A stretch of DNA of 64,000 bases, taken from Strigamia acuminata (Eukaryota). Both the position numbers and the translations under genes were made by a program. The notes under the pieces were generated by a model. That model saw only the letters and a program-made list of their open reading frames with translations, was not told the origin of the DNA and did not search any database. The stretch is from contig OX442314.1 of assembly GCA_949358305.1 (NCBI GenBank), positions 23,684,001-23,748,000 on the forward strand, given 5' to 3'. The stretch's first letter is position 1. Each line of letters starts with the position of its first letter. Below, piece by piece: positions 28,001-39,900 of this stretch.

Positions 28001-31000
28001 GACTAAACGACAAATTATTTTATCAACGGCGTAATCGCGGTAGATATTTTAAGAAAATGAGATTTCTCGTCATATAATCCACGGCTGCTTTTACGACTCT
28101 CATTTTCTTTCGTCACTGCATTATTGATCAGCAATTACCGAAAGGAAGTTGAATACATTGATTTAGTTTCCCGCCCAACTCAATCACGCTCTCCATTATT
28201 GAATAGACACAGACCAAACCAAGTTATATATTTAATAATAACTTTTCTAAACAAAATCAATTCAGAAAACAACAAATTTTAAACTTGGCTTTGCGCCAAT
28301 TTCAAGAAAAAAAATCAAAAAAAAAAAACACAACCATCACACTTCAGTGTCATCATTCACTTAATTGAAAATGTTGCATTTTCGGAAGCAATTAAACCTG
28401 ATTAAACGACATCTTAATGGGGTAATTAACTGTAAAATTCCCCATTACATCGTCAATATCCTCAAGGACGTATCAACTCATTGATAAATATAAAACAACT
28501 TGTTAAACTATCAAGTTTTCTATCAGTTTTTTTAACGTTTCCACAAAATAAAAATAAAAAAACACTTCTGGGTCACCTTATTTATCGTCTACGGATTAAG
28601 TAAAACTTTGCGACGTGTTGACATTTCCACGTGATTATCTTGGAACCCTACTGCGCCTTACACGAGTTTCCGTTTAGGAACTTGACACATATATATTGAC
28701 ACCAACAGATAATTAAAGTTTATGTTTGGGTTCTCGAACAAGTATCCAAAGATTAGTTTGCGTCTTGAAAAAAAAAGTTTTTTAATCTTTTGCGATTCAT
28801 AATCATTAGTGCACATTTATTCCTTTGTGGGAATTGAGAGTTATGTTTGACATTTTTCACAGCATATCTTATCTCTTATAAATAAGTGCCACGAGATCTT
28901 GTGGGAATTATGAGACAGATAGAGGCGAGGTTATGGCTACTGTTGATGCGCGTAAGTGAGTTCACGTTAATCAACTTTTATTACGGAAATGAAGTGATGC
29001 TGTGCAGGAAAGTTTGTGTTGGCGGTCAATTTGAGGTTTGCTTCTAAATACAACTAGAAATTTTAGGTTTAAACGATTTTATTGATCATCGTTTCCTTTC
29101 CAGTGTCATATAATATGCTTTAGATGATTAATTTTTAATATGAACGTTTTAGGCTGATTGAATTTTTTTCTTCTTTTTCTTTTGTTAATTTTTTAAGACA
29201 GAAAATTGAAAAACGCTGAATGATGATCCCAAGTGAGAGCTTGAGAGTTAATAAAAAAGGAGGGATCAATTGAATAATAATCAATAAAATTTATCACTTG
29301 AAAGAACAAGTTCAGTGCCAAACGCTTTTTTCTTCCTCCTCTGCCATTTTACAGAATGTTGCAAACCAATATTTTTACAAGAAAGATGTGAATCGAATGA
29401 AGCCAGATAAGGAAACTCGAATCACACACATATAGGCCTATATATATTTTTTATTTTTTTTTCTTTTCTTGCGAGATAATTAAATGATTTCAATTGGATG
29501 AGTGAAAAGCCTAATGTAATTAGTTTCTAGCCTGATCAATCTTCTTTATTAAGGTTCGTGTGATCAATGATTGGGTTAGAACGAGGGTAGTGAAGTGGCC
29601 ATCTTGAGAACTCATTCAACTTGACACTTTTTCACACTTTGTTAGGTTGAAAAGGATTTATGAAGAATCAATGATTGAAATGGTTTTAGGTCAATTGTCC
29701 GAGAAAGTTTCAGTGTGAGTGTATAAAAGAGTTTGGACTTGAAAACCCGAGCAACAACTTAATTACATGTCGTGAATGGATTGTACATTATAAATGAATA
29801 ACTTATGAACTATAAATGTGTTTTCGGGTTCACTATTCAGTGACATTCACAAAACACAAGAATTATTTGTCAATCAAATTTCCCATGCTATTTTAATGGA
29901 TTTTTGTTCGCTTTATAAATTCATAGTTTTCACATACTGTTATTAGGGGGTTTCATTAATTAAGCAATTTTGTAATTTTGCAACTTTAGCAATTTTGCAC
30001 TTTTGGATTTGTCACATGGTATCAGTTCCACCAATCATGTGCATAATTGCAAAAACACAAAACAGAAAAAATACACAAAACACAAAATCAAAGGTAGTTT
30101 TGCTATTTTGACAAAATGACAGCAGCTAAGCTCAATCCAAGTGGCCATCACAAATTGTGATTAACAATTAGGTGCAAAAACAATTATTTAAATAGTCACA
30201 TGACTTCCTATCCACCATATTGGGTTTTAGTTATATCCAACCAATTTTAAAATGTGATGCAAAATAACTAGTTCTATTTGTGTGATGGAACAAAATTTTT
30301 TTTAATAAGGTGCATTTTAATAAATATAAGTTTCACAGATTGCACCAGAGCCATTAATTGAGTTTCCTAGCTGTTATACAGTCATGGATGCATCAGCATA
30401 TTGATGATATACAAGGATACAAGTTGGCCACTTAGATAGAGCTTGGATGCCTCCATTTTGTTTTGACTTTCACAAGCCTCAAAATCACTTCTTATCAAAA
30501 TCACAAAAACTACCTTTTAGATGATTTTGGGATTTTGTGTTTTAGCTCTCTTGTACTTTAGTGAATGTGAATGTGATTGGTAGAACAGATATCACATGGT
30601 AATACTCAAAAATCACAAAATTGTCCAGATCACACAATTGCAAAATTGACTGGGTTAATTCAATGTAATCCCATTTTTGGAGGCATCAAAAAATAATGAT
30701 TTTGTGATTAATGCAAAATCATAAAATTACAAAATCATTCATATAATGAAACCCCCTATTATAATTTACTATTAAAGAGGAAATTGTTGTTGGTTTTCTT
30801 CATCAGAAAGCATTTTAATTCAAAAACTTTTAAATTACTTTTTGTTTTTTTTTTGGTTTCTGTTGTTGGCACTGTTAGGACTTCATTATGTTATTGATTC
30901 ACACTGCAAATTTCATTTCAACGCTTAATTATTATTTTTTCCTCGAAAAGTGTGTAATAATAACTATCACATATCCAGCAAATTTAATTTTATAGAATTT

Positions 31001-32854
31001 CCCATATAGTCATTTTTTTATCTTGATAACCATCTCCATTTTACGACTTCTCGTCAAACCAAAGTGGTATTAAAAGTTTTCTCATTAAATAAAGCGTTCG
31101 CTATTCACCAGTAAAAAAAAAAAACAATTTGTTTATCACTGAATTAGGATCCAATTCCTTTTTTCTCTGGGAACTGGATACTAATTGCTAAATTGGCTTA
31201 AAATCAATCCCTCGACAATAAACACGAGTTTCACCAATCAGCAAGTAAATAATCATCGCGCAGAAAACTTAATCAAAGCAAAAGCAGCCATTTTGGTGTT
31301 TACAAGCGCGTTACTCAATCACCTTTGATGTATATTGATGAGCCGAGCAGCGACATTAAATTTGCGAATATGCTGATTTATGGAAAGCTTTCTCTTTTAA
31401 ACTAAAATGTGATATGTTTATGAACTCTGCTCGAGATAAGGATTAAGAGCATTCTCAAGGATGTTCTAATGACCCCATCTGTTCGTTACGACACCATTAA
31501 AACAGATTATGAATCACTTCTTTCGATTCAATAAAGAGAAATGACGAAAACTTATCCTAATAAATTTCCTTTCATCTTTCAAATAGTTTTTAAAAAATCC
31601 CATGTCTAAATGATTCAGCAGAAAACATTACAACCGCACAAAATCTTGTTGCATTTTTATATAAAATTCGCACTTATCGATCAACCTTCGTATGTATTAG
31701 TAACACCAGACTCCATGGAGTTTGATAGAAGAATCTTTTTACAGACAATAGAGATAAAAATGATTTAATGGCGTCGACCGTTGAGAAGGAGCAGATAACC
31801 GTTAAAAGTAACGCGGGTGCCGTTCTTTTTTATCCTCTGGGATACACTGTAATGGCCAGTTTTAAGCGAGGATTTACCTCGTATCAAATGGGATTGCTAA
31901 TTGGGTTTGGATAGCTATCAAGCTCCAACAGGAAAGACACTTTGGGATTGAAACAATCGCTTTCAATCTCGTTTCGTACCGTTAATAGCGAAAGAATAGT
32001 GTGCTTTCATTCTTTGTTATATTAATTTTTTTCTTTCTATTATAGTCAATGGGACCGGAACAACAAAATCATCTCACGGTTTGAATGGCACGTTGTACGC
32101 ACGAGGCGAAGAAATAGGCATCGTCGTGGTGGTTCTACTTTTATGGGTTTTTGTCATTTTGCTTTTTTTTAATAAATGGGGCAAAATACGCATGCTCGAG
32201 CCGTATCATCCCGAGTACAAACAATCACATGTACCCACTTGTCAACTAAAAGGGTCAAGACTGACACTCGATCAGGTGAGAACGAACTCGATTCATTTTG
32301 TTGCCAATCATTTCGCGCTTCAAAATAGTTAATGCACACACAAATGAGCATTTCATGGGCGAAAAATGGCGAAAAAATGATAGGTGACAAAATAAAGAGA
32401 TCTGCGTAAGAAATGTACCACAAAACTTCAAATTGGCGCCGGAGCCTGTTTAAACGCCGAGGTGTCAGCAGCAATTTAGAGAATTGGTGATTTTTACAAC
32501 AACAAAAAATCAGCGATTTTTTGAATAAGCACCGGGGGTGTCGGGTCCGAAAAATAAATAAACGCCCGGGCTGCAATTTGAAGCTTTAGGGTGTTTGTCA
32601 ATCAATTTGATTGAATTATTTGTTGTTTCATTTAGATGCACGTATCAATGAATGCTCTGTTTGAACGCGAACGTCTCCTAAGCGTTGCCCATGTCCACAG
32701 ACCTGCAAGACTTCGCCAAAACTCTGTATTTGTCCACGGTTCAATCAATGCCTCCACATCAGCTCAGAATTTCTCGCGCAAAGTGAAGAGTGCGGAGGAC
32801 ATTCAGTCAATGGTTTTCAAGTCGGCCGAAAACGTGGCATCAACTGAAATGTAG
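22012..32854 (+). CDS. Fibronectin type III + single-TM protein, FNDC4/FNDC5 (irisin)-like with DUF4808-type C-terminus
   Basis: Phase-consistent exons 22012-22141 (SPPGRPENVTV..VVLTW..YEISY), 26583-26740 (LERLLPTALYQVHITT..GRS), 32046-32275 (EEIGIVVVVLLLWVFVILLFFNKWGKIRMLEPY) and 32636-32854. The 5' coding exon is uncertain; 19578-19611 (MASYNSGITSA, phase 1) is a candidate. Confidence 0.85.
27020..27449. mobile_element. MITE with 44-bp perfect TIRs, hosting a nested hAT MITE
   Basis: accaggctgaagttggcacaacattacattcgcgatagtctaca (27020-27063) is the reverse complement of 27406-27449; flanks cgttatttc/tgttacttc may be a diverged 9-bp TSD. Confidence 0.8.
27065..27276. mobile_element. hAT-like MITE, copy 2, nested
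   Basis: CAGGGATCGGCAA...TTTCCGACGGCTG termini and a perfect 8-bp TSD GTCTACAG (27057-27064 and 27277-27284). Confidence 0.85.
29946..30756. mobile_element. Non-autonomous DNA transposon (about 810 bp)
   Basis: GGGGGTTTCATTA ... TAATGAAACCCCC termini flanked by TA; subterminal ttttg/caaaa inverted repeats. Confidence 0.65.
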
Positions 32855-33696
32855 TCAAAAACTGGGTGAATTAAGTGCTATCACACAATACACAGTATAC
32901 ACTGGAATTTGTTCATTATACTAGATGCCTGTAATGGCATTCTTTATCATTTTAAACTTTACCATAACAGTAGTTGAAATGCTTGGGTAAACAAGCCAAG
33001 GGCGTCTGCTTGACTGTTGTCATGACAACCTTGATAAATCAATGGCCAGTTTATTTACTTTTTATAATAACTATATTCTCTATTAATAACGACGATGATA
33101 AGAAAAAGACCAAAAAGCACATGCAGCTTTGCTTACAAGCAGATGAGACCAGATTTTTAAACATAAAAATTATTCCTATGCATTTATTGTAAAAAGTAGT
33201 AAATGGGTTCCTATAGTAGGAAGATCGGAGTTTGCAACAACCAGAATTTAAGATTGGTATTAGTTTGAGATGATTTTGTAAAAAGATATATATATATCAA
33301 ACATTCATATAACATAATAATAAAAAAAATAATAATTCTTATTTGGAAGCCATCAAGTCTTTTTATCATCCTTATTTATGTGGCACCAAGTGATTATAAT
33401 CCGTCTTAATGTACATTAATTCGATCTGAACAGACTTAAGAGTAGTATTAAAAAAATAATGAAAAGTGAAAATAAAAATAATGGCAAATCAATATCTAGT
33501 AAGAAAACATTGGCAATGGCAAATATTAAACAATTTCCTGATTTATTACAAATATTTACCATTTAATCATGAGTCAAATCCGACAGTTGAGATAAATATT
33601 GATCTTAATATTTAAAATATTTAATTTTGTTTTCTATCCCATAAACCCTGAAAATTATATAAAAATATATATATGTATATATATTTATTTTTAAAT

Positions 33697-34635
33697 TTAT
33701 GTTTGTGTCTTTTGAGTAACTGTAATTCCAGCTAGACTTTGATCTCGCTGCCACAAATGGTTACAAACAACATTCAGAGCTAAACCTATCTCGCTTAATT
33801 CGGCAGCTTGAAGTGATTTACTACTTTGCGAATCCACAACGTTATTTTTCAATTTAATGATCGGAATTTTCCACCGTTGCTCAAAGTCTCGAACATCGCG
33901 TAAGGTCACTTCGCTCATGGAATGTTGGTCAAATCTGTACAAACAAAACACGCCGCTGTATAATTTATGCATGAAAATGTCGAGCTACACATCATTCTAA
34001 CCTCGTTCCAAAAATTATGGGACAGGGTCTTTCAGTTGGCTGGAAAATCTTCGACAGCTGCTGAGGAATTTCTTCGAAACTCGAACGATCGGTGAATGAA
34101 AAAACAAATATTAGCGCGTCCAAATCTTCTTTACACGCCTTTTAAAACGGAGAAATAAGTTAAATGATTTTCAAAATTATTTTGTTTTTTCACTGACGGG
34201 TAAAATGTGATCAAATTTCTTCAACGCTCCTTCTCCGGCATCCCAAAATTCCAACCGAAACATCACAATCCGCGACGTGTTGAGCAGCTTGACGGGCCAA
34301 TACACCATCGATATTTGAATTCCAGGTGTTTCGCAGTACGAAGTTGACGTTTCATTACCCGACAAACGTGCAATTAAACTCGTTTTTCCAATCCCACCTT
34401 TGCCGCACACAAACAGCTTGTAATTAACTTCATCCAACTCCAATTGAGGACGTTCCAACAATCCTAAAAATTAAATACTTTCATTTCATTTCATAAAAAA
34501 AAAAAAACGTGTGGATAAAAATAATTTACCAAACTGTCTCAATTTAAACGAATTGGGTTGATACAATGTTTGAAGAATTTCACTCGCTTCCTTGGTCGTG
34601 TGCCAATCAAGTTGCAATAAGCTTACGGGTTTCAT
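33697..34635 (-). CDS. CPLANE2: REM2- and Rab-like small GTPase 1 / ciliogenesis and planar polarity effector 2 (about 248 aa)
   Basis: Exons 34635-34530, 34463-34198, 34138-34002 and 33934-33697 join in frame. Motifs FGLLERP, YKLFVCGKGGIGKT (P-loop), ETPGIQ..VYWP, FWDAGEGALKKFDHILPAC, FSFTDRSSF and NVVCNHLW are characteristic of RSG1/CPLANE2. Confidence 0.9.
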
Positions 34636-34840
34636 TTTGATAAATCTGAAAAATGAGAAAAAAACAAATTTTCTGTCATTTTAAATGATTTTTTAATTTT
34701 TTTAATTTAGAAAACAAAAAAAAATTGTTGTTTTCAAATACACGTTTATCTGGAATACAATATTGCATATTTCCACCACAAAAATAATGAATCTCTCAAT
34801 CTCAATCTAATCTAGTTTACAACAAAGCGTTACAATTGGC

Positions 34841-35365
34841 TTAGAAATTTCCATTCTCTCTCAAATTCCTAAGTTCAGAGCACACACTTTTTAATTCGTT
34901 TTGTTTCGTGGCAATTTTACACAGAATTTCGAGGCTGTTTTGAAATCCAGTCTGACTTTGTCTCAAAGTACTTGGAACTAAAATTCCGAACCAGTTGAGT
35001 GGATTTTTCTCTTTTCTGGCTTCGGTTTCTTTCGCGCCACTTTTCCCTCTCCGTCTCACACCGGTCAGCTCGTCTTCCTTTTCATTTTTTGTCAGCGAAA
35101 TTAAATTAAATTCTTTGATATTTCCGGCTTCCTCTTTCGCGGATACTTTGAACAACGGTTCAATTCCCTTTTCCTCGTTCGGTAATTGGCTGATACCGAC
35201 AAATTTATTTCCAATATTGTATCGTGACTTGGCCATGTTAATAAACGCTTCTTTTAGAAGTTTATCGAGTAAACTTCGTTCTTTTATAATTTCTTCCATC
35301 AATTCTAAGCTTCTAATGGACAACGAATCCATTTTTTCTCCGATAATAGCTCGGTTAGTAGTCAT
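34841..35365 (-). CDS. CCDC115: Coiled-coil domain-containing protein 115 (Vma22 family V-ATPase assembly factor), 174 aa
   Basis: AFINMAKSRY and PLNWFGILVPSTLRQSQTGF motifs; ATG at 35365 follows a 59-nt 5'UTR intron (35374-35432). Confidence 0.9.
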   Translation of the reverse strand: MTTNRAIIGEKMDSLSIRSLELMEEIIKERSLLDKLLKEAFINMAKSRYNIGNKFVGISQLPNEEKGIEPLFKVSAKEEAGNIKEFNLISLTKNEKEDELTGVRRRGKSGAKETEARKEKNPLNWFGILVPSTLRQSQTGFQNSLEILCKIATKQNELKSVCSELRNLRENGNF

Positions 35366-35779
35366 TTTTAACCCTGAAATATTAAACAACCAATGGAAAT
35401 TAGTGCTTATCACAATGCAACACTTTACTCACCAATTAAATCGCAAAATATAGAGGCAAATTGAGTTAATTTCAGTCGTTGCTATTGGAGTTCCGCCATT
35501 TTGTGTTAGCAACGACACGAATGACCGTCAGATGTCGGGTAAAGGAAAAATGTATGTGGCTCCATCTAGTTGCAATAAATTCAACTCATTTAACAAATTA
35601 CGCGCCAAATTTAACCTCGTGCATAGAATAAAAAACGTTAACAATTATTACCGCGTACATAGCAATACTGTATTGTTTACCGATTTGTCTCAAATTTGAG
35701 TTTTCGAAATATACTCCACTTTTTAAGACAGTTATAATGTCATTTATACTTTTGTTTGTTATTTCAGTATTAACATCAA

Positions 35780-36829
35780 GTGAGATTTGCAATATGTGTA
35801 GCGATAATAATAATACCATCATGTGTATATTACCTAGCTGTTTCAACGTATCAGTTGCCAAGCGAGTCCAAGACTTGTTTATTAGAAAAAGGAATTGACT
35901 ATGGTTCAGTACAGTATGACTTGGAGAACTGTGTCAACAACCACACAAACGACCACGAATTGTACACGGAATAGAAACAGATACATCTACATCTCTCTTT
36001 AATTTTTTTAAAAAATCGTTACTGTAGGCAAAATAACATTATGCATTGTGTGAATGCTTTCGAAGATCAAGTCCAAGATTGTTTGTTTAATGAACCTTCC
36101 AACGAGTTAATGAACGTTCAAATACAAGCCGTGAAAAAAGGCCTGCACCAGCACCACCGCCAGCGCATGATGAAAAACGACACTGAAAAATCAAACGTTA
36201 CTTCTGATATTAAATGTGTATTTGATCTAAGTAAGACTAAAAACGTAACTTGTAAAACCCAAAAACACCAAAAACATAAAAACAGACACTTTGAAAGTAG
36301 CTGTTATTGTGTTCTTTTTTTTTTTTTAATTTGTCTTTTTAATACAGAAAGCGTGAATGCAAAGGCAAGGAACTGTACAGTGAAATTGAAAGAAGAATTA
36401 ATGAAAGATTGTAAATTATCGGAAAAAGGCGAGGGAAAACTAGATTTCCACTGGAAACCAATTGGATCGGAGAGTGTGAACGACTATTGCAAGTAAGTTG
36501 ATCAAAATTAAAGTTGGTAACGTTTACCTGATTAAAATTATTTTTTAAGGGCAGAAAATGAGAAAAGTCTTTGTATCGCTATTACTTTCAACGAGGGATG
36601 TCCAGATAGAAAATTGTTGAGTAAATACCGGCAATACTTTCTCTGTGTTTACAAAACAGGAACTTGCAAAAAAATGATCGATTCGAATTACATTCAATTA
36701 CTCCCGCTGAAATCGCAGCCAAAACGACCGTGGATGACCCACAAGTCATCAGTTCCGGCAGTATTGCCACAACTCTCTTTATATTTGCTGACTTTAGTTT
36801 TCTACGTTCAATTTCTGTTGTATACGTAA
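35780..36829 (+). CDS. Cys-rich secreted protein, probably GPI-anchored, unknown family (about 269 aa)
   Basis: Exons 35780-35961, 36028-36230, 36348-36492 and 36550-36829 join in frame. N-terminal hydrophobic signal-like segment, spaced cysteines and a hydrophobic C-terminal tail (VLPQLSLYLLTLVFYVQFLLYT). The frame opens at GTG, not ATG. Confidence 0.7.
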
Positions 36830-36942
36830 CTGGAAACTCAAGATTTTATTGTTCTAGTGTTGTTATAAATAAAAGTTTTAATTTGTTTTATTAATTATTA
36901 TAATTATTATTATTCAATTTAAAAAAAAAATTTAAATGAAAA

Positions 36943-39900
36943 TTATTTATCCTCAAAAAAGGCGCTTTCATCGGATGATGTGTCATAATGTGCAGGATGA
37001 GTTTTTCTTTGGTGTTTACCGCTAATAAAATAAAAATAAGTAAAAACGTACAATTTGATTATCATATTCTCACCTTGACTTTTTATGACGAATTTCCAAA
37101 TTAGCCTTAATATAAGTTATAAAATCTAAAGGAGATATGTGATGAGGAATTTCTGCCGTCTTCGAGTGTTTACGCGGTCTGTATACGTATTGCTCTTTAC
37201 GAACGGGATGCACTTTGAGAGCAGAATGTCCTTTGTGGTCTCCATGTTCTCTACCGTGTGGTGTGTGTGTTCCGCTGTGGGTTCGTTTAACATGCGAGTT
37301 ATGTTTTTCTTCAGTTCCGCTTGATTCTGAATCTGAATCTGAATACTCCACTACACGTTTGTAATCTGGACGGTGATCTTTGCTTTTTTTAACATTGTGT
37401 TGTTTTTTGTGCTCAATAGCTTCACCAAAATCCATTGAGGAATCAGGATCCGTTTTAATATTTATACTTCTTCCTAATACATTCTCGGTTTTAAGCTTAG
37501 CTCCTCGCGCTTTAATAGCACTTTGCAGCAAAGCAGCCGGATCTAGAAAAATAATATAAATATAAATATAAATAGATTCAATACAAAATAATATTTTATG
37601 GTTCTTTTTTTTTCTATTTTTCATGGATTATCCAAGTGTTATCTATACCTGAGACGCCTTTCAACAAGTCAGAATCCGCTTTTAAACTTTTTCCAAGAAC
37701 ACTATCGGTACCACCTACTTTCGTTTTTATAGCAGTTGTCAGCATATTTATCGGATCTAGAAAAATAATAAACATTTATTAAGAGAGTTTATTAAAAAGT
37801 GAATAATTTTTAATTTGTAGATTTAAAAAAAAAAATTACCCCCTCGCGCTTTAATAGCACCTTGCAGCATAGCCAACGGATCTAGAAAAACAATAAACTT
37901 TTATTACAAAAAAATATTTAAAAATGTATAATTTTTAGTTTGAGGATTATAAAATAAAACAATTATGTACACTAAATCTCTACTAGCAAAATTAATTAAA
38001 TAAATGGTGAAATTTGGGGACAGCATCACACTGTCAATATAAATAAATTCAATACAAAATAATATTCCATGCGTTTTTTATACTCTACATGAATTATCTA
38101 AGAATTATCTAAACCTGAAACACCTTTCGACTCGGAATCAGTTAAACCTCTTGCAAATACATTCTCGGATCTAGCTTCTCGCGCTTGTATAGCACTTGAC
38201 AGCAAACCCACCGGATCTAGAAAAATAAGAAACATTAATTAAAAGAGTTTACTAAAAATGTATAATTTTTAATTTGTAGATTTTTAAATAAAATTATTAG
38301 GTGCACACAATCTTTACTAGTAAAATTAATTAAATTCATGGTAAAATTTGACTGACAGCATCGCGCCGTCAATATTCAGTACAAAATAATGTTTAATAAT
38401 TTATTTCTACTTTTCATGGATTATCCAAATTTTATCTATACCTGAAACACCTTTCAACAAGTTACTCGATAATCCAATGGCTTCAGAAACAGAATCTGAA
38501 TTAGGTATTAAACTTCTTGCAAATATATTCTCGGATTTAGCTTCTCGCGCTTGAAGAGCGCTTGTCAGCAAAGCCACCGGGTCTAGAAAAATAATAAACA
38601 TTTATTAAAAGAGTTTATTAAAAAACGTATTATTTTTAATTTGTAGATTTAAAAATAAAACTATTCGGTATGCACACAATCTCTACTACCGGGAGTAAAA
38701 TTAATTAAATTCAAGGTAAAATTTGGTTGACAGCATCGCGCCGTCAATATAAATAGATTCAATACAAAATAAAATTTTATGGTTTCTTTCTACTTTTCAT
38801 GGATTATCCAAGTATTATCTATACCTGAGACACCGTTCAACAGGATAGACGATGCATCCGCATTTAAACCTCTTCCAAGTACATCGGTACCAGCTACTCG
38901 CGCTTGTATAACACTTTGAAGCAAAGTCACCGGATCTAAAAAAATAATAAACATTTATTAAAAGTGTTTATTAAAAAATAAATAATTTTTAATTTGTAGA
39001 TTTAAAAAAAAATAATTACCCGCATTTCTGGCTGCTCGCGCTTGAATAGCACTATTCAGCAAAGCCGACGGATCTAGAAAAATAATAAACTTTTATTAAA
39101 AGAGTTTACTAAAAAATGTATAATTTTTAATTTGAGGGTTTTAAAATAAAATAATTATGTACACCAAATCTCTACTAGCAAAATTAATTAAATTCATGGC
39201 GAAATTTGGGGACAGCATCGCACTGTCAATAGAAATAATTTCACTATAAAATAAAATTTTATGCGTTCTTTCTACACTACATGGATTATCCAAGGATTAT
39301 CTATACCTGAGACACCTTTCAACAGATTTGTCGATTTTGCAACGGACTCGGAATCAGCTTTTAAACTTCTTGCAAATATATTATCGGGACCAGTTACTTG
39401 CGTTTGTATAGCACTTTTCAGCATAGCTATCGGACCTAGAAAAATAATAAACATTTATTAAGAGTTTATTAAAAAATGAATAATTTTTAATTTGTAGATT
39501 TAAAATAAAAATAATTACCCGAGGTTTTAGCTCGCACTTGAATAGCATTTTGCAGCATACTCAACGGATCTAGAAAAAACAATAAACTTTTATTACAAGA
39601 GAATAATAAAAATGTATAATTTTTAGTTTGAGGATTTTAAAATAAAATAATTAGCTATGCAAAATCTCTACGAGCAAAATTAATTAAATTCATGGTAAAA
39701 TTTGGGGACAGCGTCGCACTGTCAATATAAATAAATTCAATACAAAATAATATTTTATGCGTTCTTTCTACTCTACATGAATTATTCAAGAATTATCTAA
39801 ACCTGAAACACCTTTCGAATCGGTATCAGTTAAACCTCTTGCAAGTACATTCTCGGGTGCATTCTCGGGTTTAGCGTCTTCCGCTTGAATAGCGCTTGTC

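Noticed and set aside
35482..35499. ATGGCG as the CCDC115 start codon
   Set aside because: Reads MAELQ-stop; more likely a promoter/leader motif or a tiny uORF. The real frame starts at 35365.
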